From positions 67,434 to 131,433 of the forward strand of contig CAWHNJ010000022.1 of the NCBI GenBank assembly GCA_963830835.1: a stretch of 64,000 nucleotides of DNA, read 5' to 3'. Position 1 is the first letter of the stretch. The number at the start of each line of letters is the position of its first letter. This stretch comes from an uncultured Actinomycetes bacterium (lineage in GTDB: Bacteria; Actinomycetota; Thermoleophilia; Gaiellales; Gaiellaceae). Shown piece by piece: positions 1 to 11,933 of the stretch. The position numbers and the translations under genes were made by a program. Under the pieces are notes generated by a model. It was given only the letters and a program-made list of their open reading frames with translations, did not search any database and was not told where the DNA came from.

Positions 1-823
1 CCTGCATCCCGACTTTGTGCTGGATCGCGCCCGAGATGCCGCACGCGATGTAGAGCTTCGGCGCCACCGTCTTCCCGGTCTGCCCGACCTGAGTCGAGTA
101 CGGGTACCAGCCGGCGTCGACGACAGCGCGCGTGGCGGCGACCGCCCCGCCGAGCGCCTTCGCCAGCTCCTCGATCTGCGCGAAGCCCTCCGGTCCGCCG
201 AGCCCCCGGCCGCCGGCGACGATGATGTCTGCGTCTTCGATGGAGGGGCCCGCCTGTTCCTCGAGGTCGTGTCCGGTCAGCGTCGTCGCGGTGGAGAAGT
301 CCTCCACTTCAGCCGTCACGTCCACGACGTTCGCCTCGCCGCCGGAGGCGACCGGGTCGAAGCTTCCCGCGCGAAAGAGCGCGACGGCGGGCTCCGAGCG
401 CCAGCCCGTGTCGACATAGACGCTGTCGCCGAGCGCCGGGCGCACTCCGACCAGACTGCCGTCGTCGACGCGGACGTCGACGAGATCCCAGTTGAGGCCG
501 GCATCGAGCCGGACGGCGAGCGCGGCCGCGATATCGGCCGCCAGCACCGACTGGCCGAAGAAGATCGCGCCGAACCCTTCGTCCCTGGCCACCTTCGCCA
601 GCACGTCGACGCGCGGCTGGGCGAGCGGGGCCGCGAGCTCGGGCGTATCCGCAACGTACACCGTCGCCGCACCGTGCGCGCCTGCCTGGCCGGCCGTCTC
701 CTTCGCGCCCTCGCCGACGACGATGCCGGCCGCCTCGCCGAGCGACGCCGCCTTTGCAAGCACGCCCAACGAGCCTTTCTGGATTTGCCCTTCGTGATGC
801 TCGAGGAACACCAGCGTTTTCAT
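1..823 (-). CDS. etfA: Electron transfer flavoprotein alpha subunit (3' end runs off the window)
   Basis: Minus-strand translation from ATG 823: MKTLVFLEHHEGQIQKGSLGVL...RGLGGPEGF...AVAATRAVVDAGWYPYSTQVGQTGKTVAPKLYIACGISGAIQHKVGMQ, typical EtfA. Its ATG overlaps the etfB stop (ATGA). Confidence 0.9.
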   Translation of the reverse strand, partial: MKTLVFLEHHEGQIQKGSLGVLAKAASLGEAAGIVVGEGAKETAGQAGAHGAATVYVADTPELAAPLAQPRVDVLAKVARDEGFGAIFFGQSVLAADIAAALAVRLDAGLNWDLVDVRVDDGSLVGVRPALGDSVYVDTGWRSEPAVALFRAGSFDPVASGGEANVVDVTAEVEDFSTATTLTGHDLEEQAGPSIEDADIIVAGGRGLGGPEGFAQIEELAKALGGAVAATRAVVDAGWYPYSTQVGQTGKTVAPKLYIACGISGAIQHKVGMQ

Positions 824-1596
824 ATGAGCTTCCGCTCCGCGAGCAGGTCGACCACCTTCTGCGCCGCCGAGCCGTCGTCCTCGAGCTTCAGCGTGTCGCC
901 ACGCGGCGGCGGGCTACCGAGCCCGCGCACCTCCGTGCGCGAGCCGGCGTCGCCGACGTCGCCGCCCGCGAGCCCGAGGTCTCCCAGCCCAAGGCTCTCC
1001 TGCGGCTTCGACTTCGCGCCCATGATCCCCTTGAGGGAGGGGTAACGCGGCTCGTTGATCGCGTCGGAGACGGCGACGACCGCGGGCAACGGCGCTGCAA
1101 TGTGGTCGTACCCGAACTCCGTCTGCCGCTTCGCGTCGATCGCTCCGCTCTTCACCTCGAGACCGGAGACCTGCGAGACGAGGGGCAGGCGCAACCGCTC
1201 GGCGACCGCCGCGCACAGCACGGCGCCGTCGGAGTCGCTGGCCTGCTGGCCGAACAGCACGAGGTCGGCGCCCTCCCGCTCGAGGGCCTTTGCAAGCACG
1301 GCGCTCGTCGCCACGAGGTCCGAGCCGGCTGCCTCCTCGTCGGACACGAGCACGGCACGATCGGCGCCCATGGCGAGCCCCTTTCGCAGGGCCTCCGTCG
1401 CGCGCTCCGGGCCCATGGAGACGAGCACGATCTCGCCCTCGCCCGAGGCGTCGCGAAGTCGCAGCGCCTCTTCGATCGCATTGGCGTCGAAAGGGTTCAG
1501 GCCGGCCTCGCCGGAGCGGTCGAGGCGCAGGGTGGCGGGATCGATGTGCTTCCCGCCGCCCTCGGGCACCTGCTTCACACAGACGGCGATCTTCAT
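820..1596 (-). CDS. etfB: Electron transfer flavoprotein beta subunit
   Basis: ORF 820..1596: MKIAVCVKQVPEGGG...LNPFDANAIEEALRLRD...PRYPSLKGIMGAKSKP, the EtfB signature. Frame intact. Confidence 0.93.
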   Translation of the reverse strand: MKIAVCVKQVPEGGGKHIDPATLRLDRSGEAGLNPFDANAIEEALRLRDASGEGEIVLVSMGPERATEALRKGLAMGADRAVLVSDEEAAGSDLVATSAVLAKALEREGADLVLFGQQASDSDGAVLCAAVAERLRLPLVSQVSGLEVKSGAIDAKRQTEFGYDHIAAPLPAVVAVSDAINEPRYPSLKGIMGAKSKPQESLGLGDLGLAGGDVGDAGSRTEVRGLGSPPPRGDTLKLEDDGSAAQKVVDLLAERKLI

Positions 1597-1694
1597 GGCG
1601 CCAAGACTCTAACGACGCGTGCCTTCCGTTCCGATAGGACAAGCGTCAGCGGACCTTGCTAGGGTCTTGGCCGCCGAGCGCGAACCTCGGAGTT

Positions 1695-2594
1695 GTGGAC
1701 GTCCATCAAACGACAGCCCGCGTACTCGTCTTCGCCGCCGTAGCGGCTTCAGCGGTCGGACTCGCCGGCGGCGTCTCCGCGGCGCCGGAGGCACCCGTGC
1801 CGAAGCTCGTCTTCCCGATCGTCGGCGCGGTCGCCTTCACGAACGACTGGGGCGACGCCCGCTGGCAGGGAAGCCACCAGGGGACGGACATCATGGCCCC
1901 CCGGCGGACGATCGCCGTCGCGGCCGAGGCGGGCAAGGTGAAGTACTGGACCTCGTCCTCGTCTGCCGGCTGCATGCTCTATCTCTACGGCAAGAGCGGC
2001 ACGACGTACCTCTACATCCACCTCAACAACGACGTCACGAAGGGGAACGACAACCACGGAAAGTGCGTCGCCGGCATGGCGTATGCCAAGGGGCTCCAGG
2101 ACGGCGACTCCGTGGAAGCCGGCGAAGCAATCGGCTACGTCGGCAACTCGGGCGATGCCGACCACACGGATCCGCATCTGCACTTCGAGGTGCACCCGAA
2201 CGACGGCGGCGCGGTGAACCCGTTTCCGTATCTCAGGAAGGCCGAGCGGCTGATCTTCGCCACGAGCCCGAAGAACACTGTGACGCTCACGGTCGAGGGC
2301 ACCGTTCTCTTTGCCGCCTCCGGCCAGATGACAGTGAAGGTGTCGGATCTCCAGGCATTCCCGTCAGGCACGGTGCTCGACCGCATGCGCCGCCCACTCC
2401 TGCTCACCGTCGCGCCGACCGTCCAGATCGATCTCGGCGGCAAGGTGGTCGGCGCCGCACAGGCGCCGCAGCTCCGCTCGAAGACCGTGCTCGTGCTGAC
2501 CGAGCCGACGTTCGCCACGCTCGCAGCGGCCGCGGTGAGGCCTCGCGCCTACAGCGCGGGCCGCGTCGTGCTCGCTGCCCCCGGCCGCCGCTAG
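1695..2594 (+). CDS. Secreted M23/LytM family metallopeptidase
   Basis: ORF 1656..2594. Signal-like VFAAVAASAVGLAGGVSA, then HQGTDIMAP ... GNSGDADHTDPHLHFEVHP (HxxxD and HxH zinc motifs). GTG 1695 is the preferred start; TTG 1656 is possible. Confidence 0.85.
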   Translation: MDVHQTTARVLVFAAVAASAVGLAGGVSAAPEAPVPKLVFPIVGAVAFTNDWGDARWQGSHQGTDIMAPRRTIAVAAEAGKVKYWTSSSSAGCMLYLYGKSGTTYLYIHLNNDVTKGNDNHGKCVAGMAYAKGLQDGDSVEAGEAIGYVGNSGDADHTDPHLHFEVHPNDGGAVNPFPYLRKAERLIFATSPKNTVTLTVEGTVLFAASGQMTVKVSDLQAFPSGTVLDRMRRPLLLTVAPTVQIDLGGKVVGAAQAPQLRSKTVLVLTEPTFATLAAAAVRPRAYSAGRVVLAAPGRR

Positions 2595-2636
2595 CGCAGC
2601 CGGGCTACGCCCGGCGGTAGCCGAGCCGCCCAGGCG

Positions 2637-3796
2637 TCAGCGCCCGCTGAAGCGAGGCTCGCGCTTCTCTATGAAGGCGGCCATGCCCTCGCGCTGGTCC
2701 TCTGAGCCGAAGAGCCCGGCGAACGCCTCGGCCTCGGCGCCGAGATCGCCGTAGAGCGTCCGGTTCATCGCCTGCTTCGCCGCGGCGAGCACGAGGGGGC
2801 TCTTCGCCGCGAGCAAGCGCGCCAGCTCGAGCGACTTCTCGAGCAGCTCCTCGGGAGGAAAGATCGCGTTGACGAGGCCGATGCGGAGCGCCTCGTCGGC
2901 GTCCACGAGGCGCCCGTCATGATCAGCTCCTTCGCCATGCTGATGCCGATGGTGCGCGGTAGGCGCTGAGTCCCTCCCCAGCCGGGGATGATCCCGATCG
3001 ACACCTCCGGCTGCCCGAGCTTGGCTGTCGTGGCCGCGTAGCGGACGTCGCAGGCGAGAGCCAGCTCGCAGCCCCCGCCGAGCGCGAAGCCGTTCACGGC
3101 CGCGATCGTGGGCTTCGGCATCGTCTCGAGAAGCGACGCGGTCTCGTGGCCGAGCGCGCCCCACGCCTCCGCCTGCGCGATGTCCATCTCCGACATGGCC
3201 TTGATGTCTGCGCCGGCGACGAACGCCCGCTCACCCGCGCCGGTGAGCACGACGACGCGCGCGGCCGCGTCGTCGGCCAGCTCGGCCAGCCGATCGCGTA
3301 GCTCACCGAGCGTCGCCGGATCGAGGGCGTTCAGGGCCTCCTGGCGATCGATGGTGACGACCGCGACGGCGCCGTCGCGCTCGACGCCGATCACGCCGTC
3401 GGTCGGCACCTGCGTCGCGCGGAGGAAGTCGACGATCGCGCTCGTGGTCGCGCCCGGGGTGAAGACCTCTGCCACGCCGCGCTCCTTCAGCTCCCGCGCA
3501 TCCTCGGTGGGGATCGTGCCGCCGACGACGACGAGCACGTCTTCCGCCTCGTCCTCGCGGAGCAAGTCGAGGATTCGGGGTACAAGCGTCATGTGCGCGC
3601 CGGAGAGCACGGAGATGCCGATTGCGTCGGCGTCCTCCTGGATCGCGGTCTCGACGATCTGCTCGGGCGTCTGATGCAGCCCCGTGTAGATGACCTCCAT
3701 GCCGGCGTCGCGCAGGGCACGCGCGATGACCTTCGCGCCGCGGTCGTGCCCGTCCAGACCGGGCTTCGCGATCACTACCCGGATCTTCTTCGCCAT
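2637..3796 (-). CDS. Cobalamin-binding (IcmB/mutase small-subunit-like) domain joined in frame to enoyl-CoA hydratase, with one apparent frameshift near 2912
   Basis: [46 protein letters not shown] (B12-binding domain), followed after about 8 aa by [24 protein letters not shown]...FVAGADI...[13 protein letters not shown] (crotonase). The C-terminal [15 protein letters not shown]...[17 protein letters not shown] lies in the ORF 2637..3164 frame. Confidence 0.8.
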
Positions 3797-3810
3797 TCGC
3801 GCGGCAGTAT

Positions 3811-4549
3811 ATGGCGATGCGATTGACCGTCGTGGGCTGCAGCCCGGCCTGGTACAACGCCGACGCCGCACAGTCCGGGTACCTGCTCGAGGGCCCGGGA
3901 CGGCTGCTGCTCGACTGCGGCCCCGGCGTGCTGCGACGGTTGCGCGAGATGAACGGGGGCGGTTGGCCGCGGGTCGACTCCATCGTCATCACCCACTGGC
4001 ACCTCGACCACTGGGGGGACCTCGTCCCATGGGTCTGGGGGAATATGGTCGGCCCGGGGAAGGACACGGACCCGTCCCGAGCTGTGGCTGCCGCCGCAGG
4101 GACGGGCGCGCATCCGCGACTTCGGCAGCCGTCTCGGCTGGGAGGACATGTTCGAGACGACGTTCAACGTCCGCGACTACGAAGAGGCGGTGCCGTTCAA
4201 GACCGCGGCCGGGCTCGAGGTGCTTGCGATCCGCTTGCCGCACTACACGCTTCGCACGTACGGCCTGCGGGTCTCGAACGACGACCGCACGCTGGCGTAC
4301 TCCGGTGACTCCGGCCCTGACGACCGCTTGACCGAGGTCGCCCGCGACGCCGACCTCTTCGTCTGTGAAGCGACGCTCCTCCGCGGCGAGCTCGACGGCA
4401 GCCCACGCGGCCACCTCTCCCTCGAGGAAGCAGTCGAGGCCTTCGAGGCTTCAGGGGCGAAGCGGCTCCTCCTCACGCACCGCCCCACCGAGCTGCCCCG
4501 TCCGGACGGGCACGAGCTCGCATACGACGGCCTCGTCATCGAGGTCTAG
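3811..4549 (+). CDS. MBL-fold metallo-hydrolase (RNase Z/beta-lactamase-like), frameshift near 4075
   Basis: ORF 3811..4308 carries [13 protein letters not shown] (HxHxDH). It continues in the ORF 4148..4549 frame ([30 protein letters not shown]...YSGDSGP...LLLTH). Confidence 0.75.
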
Positions 4550-4720
4550 CCGCACGAACACCTCGGGTTCGCTCTCCCGCATACATCGGGAGTGGGAGCC
4601 GGGCGTGGCGACACCGGCTTCGTGACCTTCGTGCCTGGCTCCGGCCGTAGCCACAAGCTGCGCAGGAGGCCCCGCTTCGGCAGGGCCCCTGCGGGTTCTC
4701 CGACCGGTTAGGGTTGCGGC

Positions 4721-5012
4721 GTGGAGTGGGTCGCGTTCTTCATGGTGGCGCTGATCGTGGGGGTCCTCGTCCCAGGCATCGTCGGCCTCGCGTCCGGGCG
4801 CGAGGGCTGGAAAGCGGCCGGTTCGCTTCACGGCGATCATCGGTGCGATCTTCGTTGGCGCAATGATCCTCGTCTTCATCTTCGACGCCGTATGGGCGGA
4901 GGCGGGGTTCATCGCAGCCGCCGTGCTCGTCGCCATCGCGCTCTTCATCCTCAAGAAGTGGGATGACCGCCGAGCCGTACGAGATCGAGAGCGCTTCGAG
5001 CGCAGCCGTTGA
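4721..5012 (+). CDS. Small hydrophobic membrane protein (hypothetical), frameshift near 4805
   Basis: GTG 4721 gives MEWVAFFMVALIVGVLVPGIVGLA. A second frame gives FTAIIGAIFVGAMILVFIFDAVWAEAGFIAAAVLVAIALFILKKWDDRR, stopping at 5012. There is no family-level evidence. Confidence 0.35.
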
Positions 5013-5027
5013 CGTGCTCCTAGTCGC

Positions 5028-6306
5028 GTGAGCGGCGAGTCGCGCACCGACTTCTGGAAGTTCTGGGCGGGCCAGACGATCTCCCAGCTCGGGAGCTCGT
5101 TCACGTTCTTCGCGCTGCCGCTGCTCGTCTACAAACTGACCGGGTCGTCGGTCAATCTCGCCGTCACGACGGCTGCGTACTTCCTCCCCTACCTCCTCTT
5201 CGGGCTCGTCATCGGCGCCTGGGTCGATCGCGTCGACCGCAGGCGGATGATGGTCGCGGTCGATCTCGGCCGCGCGGCGGTGCTCGCCACCATCCCGTTG
5301 CTGTCGTACCTCGATGCACTCTCGGTCGGGTGGATCTACGCGGCGTCGTTCGCGACGGCGACGCTGACGATCGCGTTCGACTCGGGACAGTTCGCCGCCC
5401 TGCCCAACCTCGTCTCCAAGGACGACCTCGTGACGGCGAACGGGCGTCTCCAGGCGAGCTACTCGGCCGCGATGGTGGTCGGCCCGCTCCTCGCCGGTGT
5501 GCTCGTCGCGGTCGTCGACCTGGAGACGGTGTTCCTCGTCGACTCGGCGTCGTTCGTCGCCTCGGCCGTCTCGCTCGGGCTCGTGCGGACGAGCTTCAAC
5601 CCCGACGAGCCTCCCGAGCGGAAGCACATCCTCCGCGACGTCAGCGAGGGGCTCCGCTACGTCCTCGGCCACCCAGTGTTGCGGAACATCTCGCTGATGA
5701 TGGCGCTGATCAACTTCGTCATCGGCGACGACGTTCACGCAGCTCGTCCTCTTCGCATCGGTGGAGCTCGATGCATCGGACACGCAGATCGCGGTGCTGT
5801 TCGCCGCCGGCGCGGCTGGTGTGGTGTGCCTGGGGCTGGCTGCGGGACGACTTCGCAAGCGACTCTCGTTCACCGTTGCCGCGCTCGGGGCGATGATGCT
5901 CGAAGGCCTCCTCGGGATCGCCTTCGGCCTCAACAACGTCTACGCGGTGGCGCTCGTGCTCTGGGCGGCGATGTCCGGGCTCGGCCTGTTCTTCAACATC
6001 AACACGATCAGCCTGCGCCAGCAGATCGTGCCCTCGCACATGCTCGGTCGGGTGGTCTCGATCGCCGGCGTGCTGGCGTGGTCGGCGATCCCGCTCGGCG
6101 CGCTCCTGGGTGGCTGGGCGATCGAGGTAACCGACGACGTCGCCCTCGTGTACGCAGCGATCGGCGGGCTGACCTTCCTGATCGCGCTCGCGTTCCGCTT
6201 CACGGCCCTCGGCCACGCGGACGACTACCTCGAGGCGCCCGACGCCGCCCCGCCCGAGCCCGAGGCGCTCCCGGACCCGGCTGTCGCGACGCGGGGAGGC
6301 GGCTGA
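5028..6306 (+). CDS. MFS transporter (EntS/MFS_3-like), frameshift near 5727
   Basis: ORF 5028.. gives FWKFWAGQTISQLGSSFTFFALPLLVY...GAWVDRVDRRRMM. The C-terminal half is in the ORF 5761..6306 frame (TTFTQLVLFASVELDASDTQIAVLF...). Confidence 0.85.
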
Positions 6307-6382
6307 CACGACGCGGCTTGTGTCGGGCAGGAGCCACTGCGGGTGTGACGGTCGCGACAGACGGCAGGTGCGAACTTCCCGT

Positions 6383-7003
6383 ATGCTGCCGCCCACTATG
6401 GGGAGATCAGCATTCATCATCATCATCGCGGCGGCGGCAGCTCTAGCCGGCTCTGCAGTGGCGCTCGCCCACAACACGCCGTACTCGTGGACGGCTGTGA
6501 AGACGCGGGTCGTGCTCCAGGAAGGAACGAACGTCGCGCTGCCGACAGAGCAGAGACGAGCGCTCGACGCCGAGCTGGAAGCGCTGCTCGATAAGTTCCG
6601 CCCGCTCAAGCTCACGGCCCAGTCGTCCTACGAGAGCACTCAGAACCCGGCCTACTCGCGTCTCGCCCAGACGTACGACACGTACATCGACCGTTTTGAA
6701 GATGCGCAGGCCAGGATCAGCGCGGGTCTCTCGATCGACAGCGCGAAGTGCGTCGGCCAGGGGAAGGCGTTGATTGGGAAGTTCACGGAAAAGCCTGGAC
6801 TGGTCGAAAAGCGGTACAAGCACTTCCGCTGCCAGGCGACGTCCTACGTGCTCGAGATCCCGAGCATCGACTTCGTGCCCGGAGCGGACCCGTTCTTGCC
6901 CGAAATCGCCGAGGGACCGAGGCGGCTCATCGGCCCGCTCCAGGCCGTCTTCACGGTCCACGTCACGGGCAAGTCCCGGATGCTCTCCCAGCGCGCGGGC
7001 TAG
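6383..7003 (+). CDS. Hypothetical secreted protein
   Basis: ORF 6320..7003. The internal start MLPPTMGRSAFIIIIAAAAALAGSAVALA looks like a signal peptide. No recognisable domain. Confidence 0.55.
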   Translation: MLPPTMGRSAFIIIIAAAAALAGSAVALAHNTPYSWTAVKTRVVLQEGTNVALPTEQRRALDAELEALLDKFRPLKLTAQSSYESTQNPAYSRLAQTYDTYIDRFEDAQARISAGLSIDSAKCVGQGKALIGKFTEKPGLVEKRYKHFRCQATSYVLEIPSIDFVPGADPFLPEIAEGPRRLIGPLQAVFTVHVTGKSRMLSQRAG

Positions 7004-8888
7004 CCGGGGAACTTCACCCACGACCGCGGCGCGAGCGTCGTCAGGCTCGAGCCCTTGAGGCCGGCTTCCGACAGCGTGTACAGCGTCGTCCCGACGACGA
7101 TCGACCTGCGAACGGGCTCCTGGCCTCCATGGGACACCGTGCCGATGACGTCAATGGCTGACCTGCCGACCCGCTGGACCACTGCCCCCGAGAACGGCCG
7201 GTCACGCCCCGGTGACTCGACGGTCGCCTGAACCGGCAGCACTACCAGCGACGCCTGCGGCCAGTAGAGGAAGGCGTGGTGATCCCACTCGACCTCGGAC
7301 CACGACCTGTCGAGCCGCTGTCGCGTCAGCAGCGTTGGACGGCGAAGGTCGGAGACGTCAAACACCGAGACCTGCGTCCCGAGCACCCTTCCCTGCTCGG
7401 TCGCGTCCTGGCCGACGCCCAGGAGGAGATCTCCGCCGAGCGGATGGAGGTACGCCGAGTAGCCGCGAATCTTCAGCTCTCCGCGGACCGTGGGCGCCGA
7501 CGGGCGCGAGAGGTCGATCGTGTAGAGCGGGTCGACCTGGCGGAAGGTGACGACATACCCGACGTCGCCGAAGAAACGGACGCCGTATGTCCGTTCCCCG
7601 CGACCCAGTCCGCCGACGCGTCCGAGCCGGACGAGGCTGCCCCCACGCTGTTCCAGGGTCGTCACGAAGCTCTCGCTCTCGGTGCGTCCGCCTCCCCACC
7701 AGGCGGGCATCTCCGTCGTCGCGACGCGCAACACGCCGCGCCATTCCGACATCGAGAACTGGTTCTCGACGTAGCCCGCCACGGCGCCGCTCGCGCGGTA
7801 GCGCGACCGCAACGGGCTCGAGATGTCGAACTTGTGGATGGTCGTCGTGAGCCCGGCGAGCGGCGCCCTCGTCACATCTGCCGGGTCGATCCAGCGCTGC
7901 GTGGCTACGTAGAGGCTCGACGGTGACGCGTAGACGGTCTGTCCGTCGCTCAGTACGCCGTCGGTGTCCACGGGCACGAGCCCTTCGCCGAGATCGAACG
8001 TCACGACGTTGAGCACGCCGAGGCCCGAGAAGCGCTGCGGGCGGGAGACATGGCTGCAGCCGAGCAGCAGGCCCTTCTTCCGCGATCCCGTTGCGCGGTT
8101 CACGAGCACGTAGGAGGGCAGCCAGTCGCGGGCACGCGACCGCGCGATCGCCTCACGATTCTCTGCCAGCGCCTTCTGCTCCCCCGCCTTGCCCGGCTCT
8201 GCGGGCGGATCGAGCGCGATCGGTGGAGTCGACGTCAAGACCACACGCAGGCCGGACCCGACGAGTCTCGCGCCGACGTACATCGCGTCGATCGTGAGCG
8301 TGCGAACGATGCGTGGGCGCGAGGGCGCGCCGAGGTCGACGTCCGTCAGAACGGTCTGTGTGGGGCATCGGAGCGATGGAAGTGGCGGCAGCCGGGAGCC
8401 GCGCGAAGGTCGCCGTCTTGCGAGACGACTACAGCCCGGTCGCGGAAGAGCACGAGGGCGACGGGGTAGTCGCCGGCGGACCGGCCAAGGGAGAGCGACG
8501 CGGCGAGCCGGAGCTTGCCGTCGTCGAGCGTGACCACGTGGAGCTTGCCCTGAGCGAGCGCGACGATCTTCTCGCCGTCCGTCTTCACGATGTCGGGCTC
8601 GTCGACCCCAGCCTCCTGGACGTTCGTCGTCGAGTAGTCGGCGCCGGGAGCGGGCGCGGCTTCCCGCCGCATGGCCGCCATCGCGATCGGCATCCCGCCG
8701 AGGCCGTACGGGCCGACGGTTCGCCGGCCCTGGGCACGGACGTAGTCGAGGAAGGGCGCGCAACCGGTAAAGCGGTGGAGGCGCGGCGCGGTCCCCGACC
8801 CGGCAAGCCCCGCCGTCACGGAGGCGCCGGCCAGCGTCGCCGCACCCGCCAGGAGCAGGATGAGCATCGTGAGCCGCGTGATCTTCAT
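7000..8888 (-). CDS. Secreted beta-propeller domain protein (PF09826-like), frameshift around 8350-8400
   Basis: The N-terminus with signal peptide is in ORF 8346..8888 (MKITRLTMLILLLAGAATLAGA). The body in ORF 7000..8763 has NQFSMSEWRGVLRVATT ... YGVRFFGDVGYVVTFRQVDPLYTIDLSRPSAPTVRGELKIRGYSAYLHP, characteristic of the Beta_propel family. Confidence 0.7.
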
Positions 8889-8976
8889 GCCGTCAGCCTC
8901 TCTACGGCGCCGCAGCGCGTCTTGTCACATTTTCCGACGTCCGGGCACAGCGGATGTTGCGCGATGCCCCTCCGCA

Positions 8977-9156
8977 TCACGCGGAGGGACCAGCCCAAGG
9001 ATCGCCCGGCGGACGATCCGCGGCACCAACGCGCTCGAGGTCATCTGCAAAGGCGGCCTCTGGCTCTCCGGCCGAGCGCCATGCCTCGAGCGCTTCCCGA
9101 AGCGAGGTTGCCGAGCTCTCGGGCTCGGGATCTGGGAGCGAAGGTTCGGTCGGCAT
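8977..9156 (-). CDS. Possible 59-aa ORF, below the ORF-track length cutoff
   Basis: ATG 9156 lies 15 nt after the upstream gene's stop: MPTEPSLPDPEPESSATSLREALEAWRSAGEPEAAFADDLERVGAADRPPGDPWAGPSA. GC3 is lower than in neighbouring genes, so coding status is uncertain. Confidence 0.25.
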   Translation of the reverse strand: MPTEPSLPDPEPESSATSLREALEAWRSAGEPEAAFADDLERVGAADRPPGDPWAGPSA

Positions 9157-9171
9157 CGGGTCGAGTCGATT

Positions 9172-10311
9172 CTAGGGGCCGGGTGGTCGACGGACTCCCG
9201 GGCCGACCCATCTCCGCAGCTTGCCGCTGCGACAGTCGACGACCAGCTTCGCACCCGCTCTTTCCTCGATCAGTTCACCCTGGTAAGAGATCCGGAGCTC
9301 GAGCCGATAGACGGCCACGTCGGGAAGACCGACGGCTCCCGTCGGCGGACTAAGTGCTGTCGCAGTCCAGCCGTCTCCCGCCTTGTAGCGTCTGCTCACG
9401 AAGCGGCTTATCGTCTTGGCCCCGACGAGGGCCGCGCGGCGGGAGTAGGGGTGGAACTCGCCGCGGTTGACGAACTGGCGACTGAACTCGTCCCCGACAC
9501 CGGTGTTGAAGGCGGCGAGGGCTGCGACGACCCGTCGTTTCACCACTGCCGGGCGGCAGCGGTTGGGCAGACCGACGCGGGTGGCACCAAGCCGGAAGCC
9601 AGGCGCCAACGCGCGCGCGTTCGCCCCGCGCGTGCATGCGACCGCCGGATCTGACGGAGCCCAGCCAGGGGGCTTCGGACAGGGCGAATCGCTGCGCGCG
9701 AGGTCCTGTCCGGGCGCGAGGTTCATGCCCATGCTCCAGACGAAGAACCGCCGGTCTGCGCAGTCCATCTCGAACTTCCCGTAGGCGATCCGCTGGTCCC
9801 CGCCTAGCCCCGGCGCAAGGTCGTCCGCGTCGCGGCGCACCGCGAACGTCCCTCCGGCCGCGCCCGCGATGTTCGACGTTCCCAACCTCGACGGCGACGA
9901 GCTGCATGCGCTCGTCCTGGCGCTGACGCTGGGCGAAGTACGGCAGCAGGTCGACAACGTCGTAGGCGACGAAGTGCCTGAGCGGCTGCCGCTCGCCACC
10001 GACCGCCGGACCTGCACCGCCTCCTTCGGTCACCGAGTACCAGCGGAATGCGCGGCCGGCAGGCTCGGTCGCCTTGCCCGGTGGGTCCTCCTCGGCGAAT
10101 GAAGCTGCGCAGATCGCACCTCGTCGCCCTCGAGCTAGCGCCGAGAAGAAGCCATTAATGACCGCTGCGACCTCGCGAGGAGCACATCCGGCCGGCAGCG
10201 CGATGGCCTGCCGCGTTACGGCAATTTCACCTTCGGCGCCCTGCACGGATACCGCGACTTGCGGCGCAGCGCTGGCAGCGGCAACTACGCCAGCCAGAGC
10301 AAGCAGAGGTC

Positions 10312-10336
<25 letters not shown>
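9172..10336 (-). CDS. Hypothetical secreted protein, frameshift near 9880
   Basis: ORF 9350..10366 gives MARDARLLRPLLALAGVVAAASAAP (signal peptide). It continues in the ORF 9172..10017 frame (SNIAGAAGGTFAVRRDADD...YRLELRISYQGELIEERAGAKLVVDCRSGKL). No known domain recognised. Confidence 0.5.
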
Positions 10337-11917
<1,581 letters not shown>

Positions 11918-11933
11918 GGCGAGAGCTACTCCG

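Noticed and set aside
4550-4720. A 170-nt intergenic region with several GC hairpins (CTCCCG-N7-CGGGAG; GGCCC-N10-GGGCC) upstream of a small membrane protein and an MFS gene. I considered a riboswitch, including the guanidine/ykkC classes.
   Set aside because: No loop or junction sequence matches any riboswitch consensus I can recall (for example, no ACGR loops). GC-rich DNA forms such stems by chance. A covariance-model scan (Rfam/Infernal) would be needed.
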